From a virus (taxonomy: Duplodnaviria; Caudoviricetes): a stretch of 26,146 bases of DNA. Under the pieces are notes generated by a model. That model made no database searches. It saw only the letters and a list, made by a program, of their open reading frames with translations, and was not told the origin of the DNA. Numbering within the stretch: position 1 is the stretch's first letter; each line of letters starts with the position of its first letter. Below are positions 9,174-17,544 of the stretch, piece by piece. The position numbers were made by a program, and so were the translations under genes. The stretch is from positions 1-26,146 of the IMG/VR virus record IMGVR_UViG_3300032040_000043. One strand, 5' to 3'.

Positions 9174-11159
9174 TTAACCCCTTCTTTTATTTGCGGTTTC
9201 TGCCTGCCGGGTTGCTGCAAGCAGCACGTTATTTCTCAATACAAATTCCAGTTTTTGAGTGCCGCCGCTGCCTTGTGGAATGGCATCTACAATTAATGAT
9301 TTTAGTTTGTCAAGGGGAGCGATCACCTCCGGGTTTGAATTGGCGCCGGAGTATTCTCCCACATAAGCCAAAGTAGGTCCGTAGGCAATACCACCGTTTG
9401 CAAGGGCGGGAACTCCTACACCACGACCTGAGCCGCCGCCGCCGGATAATCCGGATGTCATAATTCCTTTTACAACTGCCGCCAAAGCCACTAATGCCCC
9501 ACCGGCTATAATTGCTCCTATTCCGGAAGAAAAGAGATTCTTAAAAGCTTCAGAAGCAACCCCCGCAGCAATTAAAGCCTGACCTAACGTGTCAAGGAAA
9601 CCCGCCACAATACCAATAAGCCCTGTAAATAAATCCCCAATACTTGCATTCCCTGTGGCCAAAGCCCCAACAAATTCCCCAAAGAATTGCGCTGTATTCG
9701 CAATTGCAGAAGAAAAAGCACTATTTATCGCCGCTCCAACATCTACCACACTATCACTAAATCCAGATAATTCATCTTTAATTAATTGGGTTTCTGTAGG
9801 AAGATTCGCCGCTATTTCAGCTAACGGACTTATAATAATTCCTGAAACTTTTGGTAATTCTATGGCAGAAACTTGTGGCGTGGTGTCAATAGCTTTAGGT
9901 ACAGTAGGCACTACAGGAACTACAACTGGTGCGGTAGCGGGTTTATTCCCTAAAATCCCGTTCAGTTTATCTATAGCGGTATAAGCTTCACCAGCGGCGG
10001 CGGCCTGATCCCGCATTTGGTCAACAATAAATTTTGTGTAATTCCCACCCGAAGCAACCAGGTTATAGAATGTTTGCAGTTTTGAGACCGCCGGGGTCAG
10101 GGTTTGAATTAATGAGGTTAAACCATATACTAAAGCTGCAACAGCAGCTACTACCAATCCTATAGGGTTGGCGAGCATCATAGTGTTTAAAGCTGCAAAT
10201 GCTGATGTTACAGCAGGAATAACAGTTGCGCTAAGAAATGCAAAAGCTGTTACCAGTCCCGGTATTACGGTAGTCATCAAGAATCCCAATGTCACCAGCA
10301 ATGGTCCCAATGCGGCAACAAATAATCCTACTACCACTATTATTTTTCGTGTGGATTCATCCAGGTTAGAGAATTTATTTAATAAAACACCCATCCCACT
10401 TGCCATCTTTGTCACGTAAGGCAACATTATCTCACCAAACTGAACGCTCACATCTTCCAGGCGTGATTTTACCAATCGCATTTGATTCGCAAATCCCTCA
10501 CTGGTGCGGGCGTAATCTCCAAGCGCGTTTTTACTTTGGTCCTGTGCAATTTGAAGGGTGGCATAGGCTTTTGCCTGGCGTTCACTTTCAAAAGTCAAGC
10601 CTTGTTGCGTGTTAAGAAGCACCCGGGCTTTTACATCAGATTCAAGGATAGAGATTCCTAAAGACTTCACGCTCTCACGTTCTCCCAGCAATGCTTTTGT
10701 AAGTGCTGCGGAAGCGCCCTCAGCACCGCCGGAAAAGTTTGTGAAGGAAGCGAGATCTACAGCGAGTTTGTTTACTTCGGTAGAAAGGTCCAGGGCAGCG
10801 GTTTGTGAAAATCCGAATCCGGTAAGCAAATCGCCGGTATCACTTAAAAGTTGTTTTGATGCGTTGGAACTTAATCCATAGGAATTGCGTAAAACATCGG
10901 CAGAATCCTTAGCAGCTTTGGAAACATCGCGAAAAACAGTGTCGAATTTAGAGGAAGTCTCCTCGGCATCGCTGGCAGCTTTTATCGCGGCGGCACCAAT
11001 CGCTAATATAGGAAGGGTAACTCCAAGGCTTAATGCACCACCAACTTTCTGAAAGCTTTTGCCCACAGAATTCATTTTACGTTGAGCATTACTCATCGCG
11101 CTGCTGAATTCTTTCAAATCCGCGGAAAATGTTATACTGATACGACTAAAACTACTGCT
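9174..11159 (-). CDS. Tail tape measure protein (start uncertain; frame open to 11171, TTG at 11117, ATG at 11096)
   Basis: Ala/Gly-rich helical repeats, hydrophobic segments, and C-terminal ALANGGIAYGPTLAYVGEY...NPEVIAPLDKL. In-frame upstream SSFSRISITFSADLKEF resembles a TMP N-terminus. Confidence 0.9.
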   Translation of the reverse strand, partial: SSSFSRISITFSADLKEFSSAMSNAQRKMNSVGKSFQKVGGALSLGVTLPILAIGAAAIKAASDAEETSSKFDTVFRDVSKAAKDSADVLRNSYGLSSNASKQLLSDTGDLLTGFGFSQTAALDLSTEVNKLAVDLASFTNFSGGAEGASAALTKALLGERESVKSLGISILESDVKARVLLNTQQGLTFESERQAKAYATLQIAQDQSKNALGDYARTSEGFANQMRLVKSRLEDVSVQFGEIMLPYVTKMASGMGVLLNKFSNLDESTRKIIVVVGLFVAALGPLLVTLGFLMTTVIPGLVTAFAFLSATVIPAVTSAFAALNTMMLANPIGLVVAAVAALVYGLTSLIQTLTPAVSKLQTFYNLVASGGNYTKFIVDQMRDQAAAAGEAYTAIDKLNGILGNKPATAPVVVPVVPTVPKAIDTTPQVSAIELPKVSGIIISPLAEIAANLPTETQLIKDELSGFSDSVVDVGAAINSAFSSAIANTAQFFGEFVGALATGNASIGDLFTGLIGIVAGFLDTLGQALIAAGVASEAFKNLFSSGIGAIIAGGALVALAAVVKGIMTSGLSGGGGSGRGVGVPALANGGIAYGPTLAYVGEYSGANSNPEVIAPLDKLKSLIVDAIPQGSGGTQKLEFVLRNNVLLAATRQAETANKRRG

Positions 11160-11685
11160 TCGGCGTTGGGTTTAAAGGTTGAACATCTTTAGTGTAATGG
11201 GTCTTATTGTTTATAATCATACAAACCCAACTTAGTGAAATACCAATTTTTTCTGCAATTTCACGATAATATAATCCTTGATTCCTTAAGGATTTTATTT
11301 CCTTTATTTGGGTAGGCAAAAGAGAAGATTTGGTTACCGCCATTTTATGTAATATTTTTCTCCTTCTTTCTTTAGATATATCGTGATAATTATCAACATA
11401 AGAACCAACCCTTATATTATCAATGTGATTATTACTTTTATTTTCATCTAAATGCCTAACCACTCTCGACTTATACATTTCTTTACCATATTTCATAAAA
11501 GCCTGTAATCTATGTACAGCTATATTATAAAAAAGGTTTTCTTTAAATCTTCTTGATCCAGTTCCAAAAATCAAATAACCTTGATCATTTTTAGAAAGTA
11601 TTACAAGGTTATTTTCCTTATTATATACTAAACCTTTTTTATCTACTCGATAACCACGGCTATAAGCAATTTCTTCAGGTCTCAT
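11152..11685 (-). CDS. HNH homing endonuclease (HNH_3-like) with C-terminal HTH
   Basis: VHRLQAFMKYG...VVRHLDENKSNNHIDNIRVGSYVDNYHD, then GLYYREIAEKIGISLSWVCMII. Confidence 0.88.
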   Translation of the reverse strand: MRPEEIAYSRGYRVDKKGLVYNKENNLVILSKNDQGYLIFGTGSRRFKENLFYNIAVHRLQAFMKYGKEMYKSRVVRHLDENKSNNHIDNIRVGSYVDNYHDISKERRRKILHKMAVTKSSLLPTQIKEIKSLRNQGLYYREIAEKIGISLSWVCMIINNKTHYTKDVQPLNPTPKQ

Positions 11686-11703
11686 AAGCTTTCTCTTAAC
11701 TGG

Positions 11704-12021
11704 TTAGTAACTCAATAATTTCTTACGTTCTTTAAAGGAGTAGGATTTTTTAAATTGTCTAAAAATGTCAAAATCAGACATTAAATCCCCCCAGAGATCT
11801 TGCTGTGGTTGTGAGTTGTTTCGCATAATAAAAGTTTTTGGATATTGAGCACGGCGGGATGGGTCGCTGCGAAACAACTCACTTTTGGTGAAGAAGATTG
11901 AGGAACTTTCAGCCTCTCGCCCATCCCTAGGCACGTAAATTTTAGAATTATCATATATAGTAAGTTTGTTTCGCATTACGAATATAGCTATAAATATTAA
12001 TATAACAATCTCTATTTTCAT
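11704..12021 (-). CDS. Hypothetical protein with hydrophobic N-terminus (105 aa)
   Basis: ATG at 12021 (MKIEIVILIFIAIFV) just 3' of the tRNA-like element. The track start at 12075 lies inside that element. Confidence 0.5.
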   Translation of the reverse strand: MKIEIVILIFIAIFVMRNKLTIYDNSKIYVPRDGREAESSSIFFTKSELFRSDPSRRAQYPKTFIMRNNSQPQQDLWGDLMSDFDIFRQFKKSYSFKERKKLLSY

Positions 12022-12033
12022 AATTTCTATTTG

Positions 12034-12107
12034 TAGCGGAGACCGGTTCCGCCCCGATGACCTTCGGCAAAGCACGCCGACGAGCTAACTGTCTGCTCCA
12101 CTCCGCG
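12034..12107 (-). tRNA. Initiator tRNA(fMet)-like element with altered anticodon (GCU) and non-canonical T loop; pseudo-tRNA or repurposed RNA
   Basis: CGCGGAG TG GAGC AGACAGTTA GCTC G TCGGC GTGCTTT GCCGA AGGTC ATCGG GGCGGAA CCGGT CTCCGCT A. All four stems pair, the 1:72 pair is unpaired as in initiators, and no CCA is encoded. Confidence 0.7.
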
Positions 12108-12116
12108 ATTTTATCA

Positions 12117-12182
12117 AAACCCGCTGCCTTTAAGTGGTGGGTCACACCGCTCGGGGATGGGATGCCTTTGGCAGGCGGGTTT
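12117..12182 (-). other. GC-rich branched stem-loop between the tail chaperone stop and the tRNA-like element
   Basis: Minus strand AAACCCGC-C-TGCC ... GGCA-GCGGGTTT outer stem enclosing GCGGTG-TGACC-CACCAC. Confidence 0.45.
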
Positions 12183-12583
12183 CAATCTTTTAATTTCCCA
12201 TCGGCCCTATCCCAAACCTTCAAGGAATCTGTTTTAACTTTCTTTTTATCTTCCGGTTTTAAACTTGCATTTTTATGGAGTTTTTTATATTCATCTTCCC
12301 AGGGTAAAGGCATTAATACTGAAATAGGTTTCTTCCGTTCCGATTCTTTCAGGTGTGGCATTAGTCCCATCATTACCTGTTCGCGGTGCATCGAGAGTTT
12401 TTCCCGGTGTGTTACCTGGTGACCTTTTAGCACATTTGCAAAAGTGCGTGGTGTCATTTGGTAGAATTCACTTTCAGAAAGCCTTAAAATTCCAAGGGCA
12501 ATTTCTTCGAGGTCGTCCCAGGTTTCTTCTACTTCTTCTTTGTCGCTGCTTTCCTCGCCGGGCTGCGAGGTTCCGCGTTTCCC
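12182..12583 (-). CDS. Tail assembly chaperone frameshift extension (gpT-like)
   Basis: The -1 frame from the slippery site is open to 12182. Contains TWDDLEEIALGILRLSESEFYQMTPRTF and LPWE motifs. Confidence 0.8.
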   Translation of the reverse strand, partial: GKRGTSQPGEESSDKEEVEETWDDLEEIALGILRLSESEFYQMTPRTFANVLKGHQVTHREKLSMHREQVMMGLMPHLKESERKKPISVLMPLPWEDEYKKLHKNASLKPEDKKKVKTDSLKVWDRADGKLKD

Positions 12584-12918
12584 GACTTCGGGAAGCTTTC
12601 AGTAAAAGCGGTCATTACCAGGTTGATTTTTGTGGAATCCTGAAACAGGAGTTCGTTTACCACGTCGTCCAGTTCCGGAAGGTCCTGCCATCTGGCACGC
12701 GGCAAAGCGTTTTGAATTCCCGCCAATGCAAGTTCTCCAAGGGCGTTGGCCTGTTCAAAACTCACATCTTCTATCCCGGCTGCAGGGAATATTTCCTGAA
12801 ACTTCTTGGCTACTTTCTGCACGCTGGGACATTCCCAGGTTTCTCCCAATAAGCGAAAGGCGCCATACCCGTATTTCAACGGGTATTTTTTGCCTTGTAT
12901 CTCAATAGTAGTTCCCAT
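12529..12918 (-). CDS. Tail assembly chaperone (gpG-like)
   Basis: Lies between tail tube and tape measure. IEIQGKKYPLKYGYGAFRLL N-terminus. Slippery heptamer near the 3' end. Confidence 0.8.
   Translation of the reverse strand: MGTTIEIQGKKYPLKYGYGAFRLLGETWECPSVQKVAKKFQEIFPAAGIEDVSFEQANALGELALAGIQNALPRARWQDLPELDDVVNELLFQDSTKINLVMTAFTESFPKSGNAEPRSPARKAATKKK
12577..12583 (-). promoter_or_regulatory. Programmed -1 ribosomal frameshift site G GGA AAC
   Basis: X XXY YYZ heptamer in the correct phase of the chaperone ORF. A -1 shift enters the frame of ORF 12182..12457 with no intervening stop. Confidence 0.85.
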
Positions 12919-12927
12919 CCTTTTGTA

Positions 12928-13356
12928 TTATATGATTGGTAATTCCACTATTGCCAATCTTCCGCCGTCGATAGTGAAACTGCAGGTTGCATCTTCATCG
13001 ACATTGGCGTTCAGGTTCAAAGACTTCATCACGCCGTCTCCGGTTAGTTTGAAAGTCGCATCGGTTTCATCGGGCAAGAATTCCACTGGAATTTTCACAT
13101 CGGTGTCATCGTTCATAATGGCGAACAATGCTGCAAAGTCGTGGGCGGTGGTACCGTCAGATCCATACACTCCCAAAGCATCACCGGAAACCGAAAAGGA
13201 CATAATGCCTTTTGATTCCTCACGGCCGTTGGTGTCTTTGGTGATCCGTTCTTTGGTTGAGCGCGTGTAGGATAACTGCACTCCTGTTGCGTGGTAGACT
13301 GTTTTGTCTGATATTCTCAACCGAAGTTGGCCACTGATTATTTTTTCATCTGCCAT
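12928..13356 (-). CDS. Major tail tube protein (TP901-1-like)
   Basis: ERITKDTNG...SFSVSGDAL...GDGVMKSLNLNANVDEDATCSFTIDG pattern and synteny. Confidence 0.82.
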   Translation of the reverse strand: MADEKIISGQLRLRISDKTVYHATGVQLSYTRSTKERITKDTNGREESKGIMSFSVSGDALGVYGSDGTTAHDFAALFAIMNDDTDVKIPVEFLPDETDATFKLTGDGVMKSLNLNANVDEDATCSFTIDGGRLAIVELPII

Positions 13357-13449
13357 TGTTTCTAGGTATTAAAGTTTATAGTTGAAACGCCCTATAAGGC
13401 GGTTTTCCCGTTGATACGCCCTAATAGGGCGTATGTACTATGATATATT

Positions 13450-13803
13450 TTATAGTTTGAAATTATATGTGAGTTCTATAAATGCTTCTTTTGCTTCATT
13501 GTCTGTATATCCCATATTTATAAAATCGGGGTTTTCCTTCCATCTAGAAGTAAGGTCCAGGCGTTCGGAAATTGTTTCGGCAATTGTGGATACTGCGTTC
13601 AGGTTTTCGGCAAATACCCTGAGCTTTACTTCATATTCCCGGATGCCGTCCTTGGTGATTTTCTTGGATGCCTTAAAACTGTAATTTGCAAAAGGCATCG
13701 CCGCGTCCTGGTCTGCCAGTTCCCAGTATATTCCGCCGGTAACCAATGCCAGGATAGCGGCATCTGATAGGGTAGTGGTGATATGTTTTGCGGTTTTAAG
13801 CAT
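13450..13803 (-). CDS. Tail completion/terminator protein
   Basis: IYWELADQDAAMPFANY pattern; directly upstream of the tail tube gene. Confidence 0.7.
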   Translation of the reverse strand: MLKTAKHITTTLSDAAILALVTGGIYWELADQDAAMPFANYSFKASKKITKDGIREYEVKLRVFAENLNAVSTIAETISERLDLTSRWKENPDFINMGYTDNEAKEAFIELTYNFKL

Positions 13804-14299
13804 TGTTTAATCGTGTTATTTGTTTTTGAATGTATGCGGCCGTTTTATCGGTTGCTTCCTGCGTGGTCCTTCCCTGGGTTTTGTTCCAGGCGCGGTTTTT
13901 TGCATCTTCCACTACCGTGTTTTTTCCTATCCTGCTGCCACGGGCAATACTGCCTGTTTTAGTTCCTTTCTTCACGACCATAAACTTATACCAGCTATCG
14001 TACTTTCCTTTTTTGCCGGGGCGAATCGCTATGGAAGGATTGCCGCCTGCTCTTCTGGAAGAGACTGTTTCTGTCTTTACCGATTTTGAAAGCGTTCCTT
14101 TTGGGTACAGCGATCCAAATCGTTTTTTATCTTTTATTCCTACAGGCAATTCCGCAGCATACGCCTGTTCAATAGGCTTTGCCAATCTTCGGAAGATCTT
14201 CAGGACTTCGGTTCTCTTAACTTTGTCCGGAAGTTGTTTTAACTTTCGGTTCAGCTCTTCAAAACCTTCTACCTGGAATACATCTACCTGATTACTCAC
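13796..14299 (-). CDS. HK97 gp10-like neck/tail component
   Basis: VEGFEELNRKLKQL N-terminus, basic composition, synteny. Confidence 0.72.
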   Translation of the reverse strand: MSNQVDVFQVEGFEELNRKLKQLPDKVKRTEVLKIFRRLAKPIEQAYAAELPVGIKDKKRFGSLYPKGTLSKSVKTETVSSRRAGGNPSIAIRPGKKGKYDSWYKFMVVKKGTKTGSIARGSRIGKNTVVEDAKNRAWNKTQGRTTQEATDKTAAYIQKQITRLNNA

Positions 14300-14630
14300 G
14301 GCTGCTGCATTTTAATTCAAGGAACCTGTTACGGCCTGGGCCGGTAATGTTGATGCTGTTTACCTGGTATTTTCCGTCCAGATCCTGTATGTAATATTTT
14401 GTGCCGTTAATAAGAACATCTTTGTCAAACCTCAAAATGAATTTACATACCGAAAGGCTCATTATCTTTCCATCTTCTTCTTCCCTGCCTGAAACATCTA
14501 TGCGTTGCACTCTTTTTTTTCCAAGGGAAACTGCCACTGTTGCACGCTCATTGGTATCGGTGTTTTGTTTTTCATTTTTGAAAAACTCAACCTCTCGATT
14601 CATTAAGCCGGCAAAGGGTATCTTTTCCAT
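14292..14630 (-). CDS. Head-tail adaptor/head closure protein (SPP1 gp16-like)
   Basis: AGLMNREVEF N-terminus and GRNRFLELKC C-terminus; synteny. Confidence 0.75.
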   Translation of the reverse strand: MEKIPFAGLMNREVEFFKNEKQNTDTNERATVAVSLGKKRVQRIDVSGREEEDGKIMSLSVCKFILRFDKDVLINGTKYYIQDLDGKYQVNSINITGPGRNRFLELKCSSRE

Positions 14631-14682
14631 TCTCTTTTTTTATAACACCTGTATGATACGCCCTGTAGGGCGGATCTACGGA

Positions 14683-15213
14683 TCAATATTTTTTATACGG
14701 GCGCAATTTTGATTGGGCTGCTGTATTCAATTTTACCGGGCGATTTTCGCGGAATAATTCCCTTTCGGAAAACATCAGCAAGGCGGCATCTACCATATCT
14801 TTCGGGATATCGGCATTTGCGTATCCTGCTTTACCGGTGATGGTGATGGGGCCTTTAAAATTGGCGGGGCTCTCATTTAATAGTGAGAAATCATCTCCAA
14901 ATACCACGTAATCCATACCTTCAACCAAAGGGGTTTCAGTTCCTTCTAAATTCTTATAGGTGATGGTAGTGATCTCATTAAACACCAGGGGAAGTCTGTA
15001 ACTCAATTCCCAATATCTCAAAGTAACCACGGCGGCATCGCGTTGCAATACCGGATAGCCTATGTAGTTTTCAATTTCGTAAGCCACGGCATCTACAAAT
15101 AATTGCAACAAAGCATCGTCACTTACATAATAGATCCCGCTGTTAAGCTTGGCGATCTCAAGGGATACTATCTCTGAGTCTGCAACCGTGGGTCCGAAAT
15201 CTACTCTGTACAT
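14683..15213 (-). CDS. Head-tail connector (HK97 gp6-like, long form)
   Basis: VSLEIAK...DDALLQLFVDA...IENYIG and AGYANADIPKDMVDAALLM...FRENR...KLRPYK. Confidence 0.8.
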   Translation of the reverse strand: MYRVDFGPTVADSEIVSLEIAKLNSGIYYVSDDALLQLFVDAVAYEIENYIGYPVLQRDAAVVTLRYWELSYRLPLVFNEITTITYKNLEGTETPLVEGMDYVVFGDDFSLLNESPANFKGPITITGKAGYANADIPKDMVDAALLMFSERELFRENRPVKLNTAAQSKLRPYKKY

Positions 15214-15278
15214 AATAAATTCAAAATTTAAAATTCAAGGTTAAAAGGGTTTAAAATTCAAGGTTCAAGGCCTGAATT

Positions 15279-15545
15279 TTATTTAGCTTCCTTAGCGGCT
15301 TCTTTTTCATCTTCAGCTTTTTCAGCAGCTGCTTTGTCGGCCGCTTCTTTTTCAGCAGCAGCATTAAGCGCTATAACTTTTTTAGGTTCTAAACCATCTC
15401 CGGAAGAAAAAAGCTCTTCAGCTTGTTTCTTTTCCACCTTAATGGTTTGACCTTTATTTCCTGATAATAAATATTTGCCCGCAAGGTTGTGACAGTTCAC
15501 AATTACTTCTACTAGGTCTTTTTTGGATATTTGTTTTTTTGCCAT
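15279..15545 (-). CDS. Small capsid-associated hypothetical protein with an A/E/K-rich tail
   Basis: Directly after the capsid gene; low-complexity AAAEKEAADKAAAEK. Confidence 0.6.
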   Translation of the reverse strand: MAKKQISKKDLVEVIVNCHNLAGKYLLSGNKGQTIKVEKKQAEELFSSGDGLEPKKVIALNAAAEKEAADKAAAEKAEDEKEAAKEAK

Positions 15546-15562
15546 TTTTATGTTTTTAGAAG

Positions 15563-15592
15563 AAACCCTTCCCGGTAGGGCAGGAAGGGTTT
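15563..15592 (-). terminator. Hairpin after the major capsid gene; probable (leaky) intrinsic terminator
   Basis: AAACCCTTCC-10 nt-GGAAGGGTTT, followed by CTTCT on the minus strand. Confidence 0.6.
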
Positions 15593-15604
15593 AATTATTT
15601 ATTA

Positions 15605-16903
15605 CTATGCTGTAAGGAATTTGTTTACAGCGAATGCTTCAGGTTGTGCTATTGCAATTCCTGCGTGTGCATTTGCAACCAATCTTACAGAATCTTCCAA
15701 GTCTTCTGAATATGGGTTGGATACAACGCTCATTGAACCCCATTCACCTATGAACAATTTGCTCCAGTCTCCATAAACAAGTACCTTGTTTGTTGCCAAT
15801 TCAGGTACCAATGTGGAAACAGCGGCGTTATACCCTTGCAAGTTGTTTCTTTGTTCCATTACAAATCTTCCGGAACCGGCATCTAACAATGTTGTTTGAA
15901 GGATGTATCGCAATTGTGGAGAAAGAAGGAATCCAAGGGATTCTTCGGTAACATCTGAACTTTCCAAAAGGGAAATCAATTCAAGAACCAAATCCCTGGA
16001 AGCTTGTGTTCCTGCAATTACCGCAGATTGTTGTACTCCTGAAGTATTAAGGATTCCAAGAGGTGAATTTCCGGTACCAGGACCATTCACAGCCGCAGTA
16101 TTCAAAGCGCGGTCATAACCTCCCAACAAAAGGCTCCTAATTTCAGATTCTACAGGAATTCCGGATTGCATAAGCAACCTGTTTGATATAGAAACGGCAC
16201 CACCAACCCTGTTAGGGGAAAGGATTGCAGGATCTACTGTTTGTTTTTGCCTGGTGATGGTTTCTGTTTCACCCAACCACTGGAAGGAGTAGTTTTTCAT
16301 TATAGGCAATGGCACAGAACCACCGGAAAGGTTGCTCAATCTTTTAGCCCCTAATTTTTCAAGGAAAGATTTTGCAGAAAACGGCATTTGCACCCGTGGG
16401 GCATTGTTTGTCACCAATTCACCTCCATAAAGGCCATCATCTTCGGTAACGGTTTGTGAAGCAGAACGCAACATATCCATAGGAATATGAAGGATCGCTT
16501 TCTCATTCACATCTACTCCGGCAGTACGGCTTTCCTGTATTGCCAGGTCATTCATTTCTTTTTCGGCACCGTCAAGGGCTTTACCATTTGTAGCCATACG
16601 CAAGGCACGGGTTACAGAAGCAATACCTTTAATATTCCTGGATTCTTTTTCTTCACCACCTTTAGATGGCTCAACAATCTTTTTTCCAGAAAGATCGGCG
16701 GCGCGTTTTTCAGCGGCATCCACTGCTTCTGCAGTTTTAATTTCAACATCCAAACGTTGGATATCTGTGGTTTGACCGTCAAATGCGGTACGCTGCTCTG
16801 CGGTGAATTCCTTTTTTTCGGAACTTCTAACCGTGGCAAGCAATTCAGTTTGAGCCTGGATCTTTGCGGCTCTCTCCTGCTTTAATTCTGCTAATGTTTT
16901 CAT
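15605..16903 (-). CDS. Major capsid protein, HK97 fold with N-terminal coiled-coil delta domain
   Basis: Coiled-coil N-terminus, ISNRLLMQS, GPGTGNSPLGILN, YGDWSKLFIGEWG, IAQPEAF. Confidence 0.93.
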   Translation of the reverse strand: MKTLAELKQERAAKIQAQTELLATVRSSEKKEFTAEQRTAFDGQTTDIQRLDVEIKTAEAVDAAEKRAADLSGKKIVEPSKGGEEKESRNIKGIASVTRALRMATNGKALDGAEKEMNDLAIQESRTAGVDVNEKAILHIPMDMLRSASQTVTEDDGLYGGELVTNNAPRVQMPFSAKSFLEKLGAKRLSNLSGGSVPLPIMKNYSFQWLGETETITRQKQTVDPAILSPNRVGGAVSISNRLLMQSGIPVESEIRSLLLGGYDRALNTAAVNGPGTGNSPLGILNTSGVQQSAVIAGTQASRDLVLELISLLESSDVTEESLGFLLSPQLRYILQTTLLDAGSGRFVMEQRNNLQGYNAAVSTLVPELATNKVLVYGDWSKLFIGEWGSMSVVSNPYSEDLEDSVRLVANAHAGIAIAQPEAFAVNKFLTA

Positions 16904-17544
16904 TTTGAATAGCGGTTTTTGTTAACAATTAATTGAGCCTCAAAAATATCAAGTGACACTCTTTCTTTGGAGACGTCCTGTAGGTCGTCTTTACTTTTAT
17001 TTGAGGCGCCCGGGTCGGGCGTCTTTACGGCATCCCGTAGTATAAGTAGTTCTTCTTTATTTCGTTTCAGGGCGTCGGGATTGCTTCCGATAGATACCAC
17101 GCTCCATTCCTGAAGGTATTGGCGGGTGAAATACACCACATCTGGGTCTTCGCCCTGGTCTTTTAATCCCATACGGGCTTTGGAGACTTTTGCGTTGATG
17201 GAGGCCATTCGCAAGGTTCCGTTTTTTACTTTTCGGAAAACCTTTTCGGCAAGCGGGTTGGTATCGGCATCTTCGAAAGTTACTTCGCCAATAAGCTGTT
17301 CGCCTTCCTGGAATACGCGGCTGGTACCAATGATGTTATCAGGATTATTGTCGTGCGCATTGTGATTGTAGACCACAATAGGATTGCGGTTATATTCGTC
17401 GAGCATCCAGCCATCCATTTTGAAAACGGTACGGTAAGAATCGACAGCTTCCGTAGAGATCACGAACTGGGCGGTGCGTTTTTCTTCCGAAATTCCATCG
17501 GCCCTTACCTGGGCATTCCTAATTTGTATGTTATCAGTTTTCAT
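16900..17544 (-). CDS. Prohead maturation protease (HK97 family)
   Basis: FVISTEAVD...NPIVVYNH...IIG...GTLRMASI...LQEWSVVSIGSNPDAL. Confidence 0.92.
   Translation of the reverse strand: MKTDNIQIRNAQVRADGISEEKRTAQFVISTEAVDSYRTVFKMDGWMLDEYNRNPIVVYNHNAHDNNPDNIIGTSRVFQEGEQLIGEVTFEDADTNPLAEKVFRKVKNGTLRMASINAKVSKARMGLKDQGEDPDVVYFTRQYLQEWSVVSIGSNPDALKRNKEELLILRDAVKTPDPGASNKSKDDLQDVSKERVSLDIFEAQLIVNKNRYSK

Noticed and set aside
9002-9220. 72-aa minus-strand ORF bridging TMP and the tail-tip gene
   Set aside because: It overlaps both neighbours out of frame and runs through a low-complexity A-rich spacer and a palindromic repeat.
11152-12030. Group I or II intron around the HNH gene
   Set aside because: The interval is almost fully coding, leaving no room for a ribozyme core, and I saw no recognisable P7 or domain V motifs. 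An Infernal search would settle it.
12034-12107. Canonical functional tRNA-Ser(GCU) or an attachment-site tRNA fragment
   Set aside because: It lacks the long variable arm, TTC T-loop, purine 37 and CCA. It lies mid-operon with no integrase or duplicated 3' end.
11951-12145. 64-aa minus-strand ORF and the 12075 start of the next ORF
   Set aside because: Both overlap the tRNA-like cloverleaf and hairpin, so they are likely incidental.
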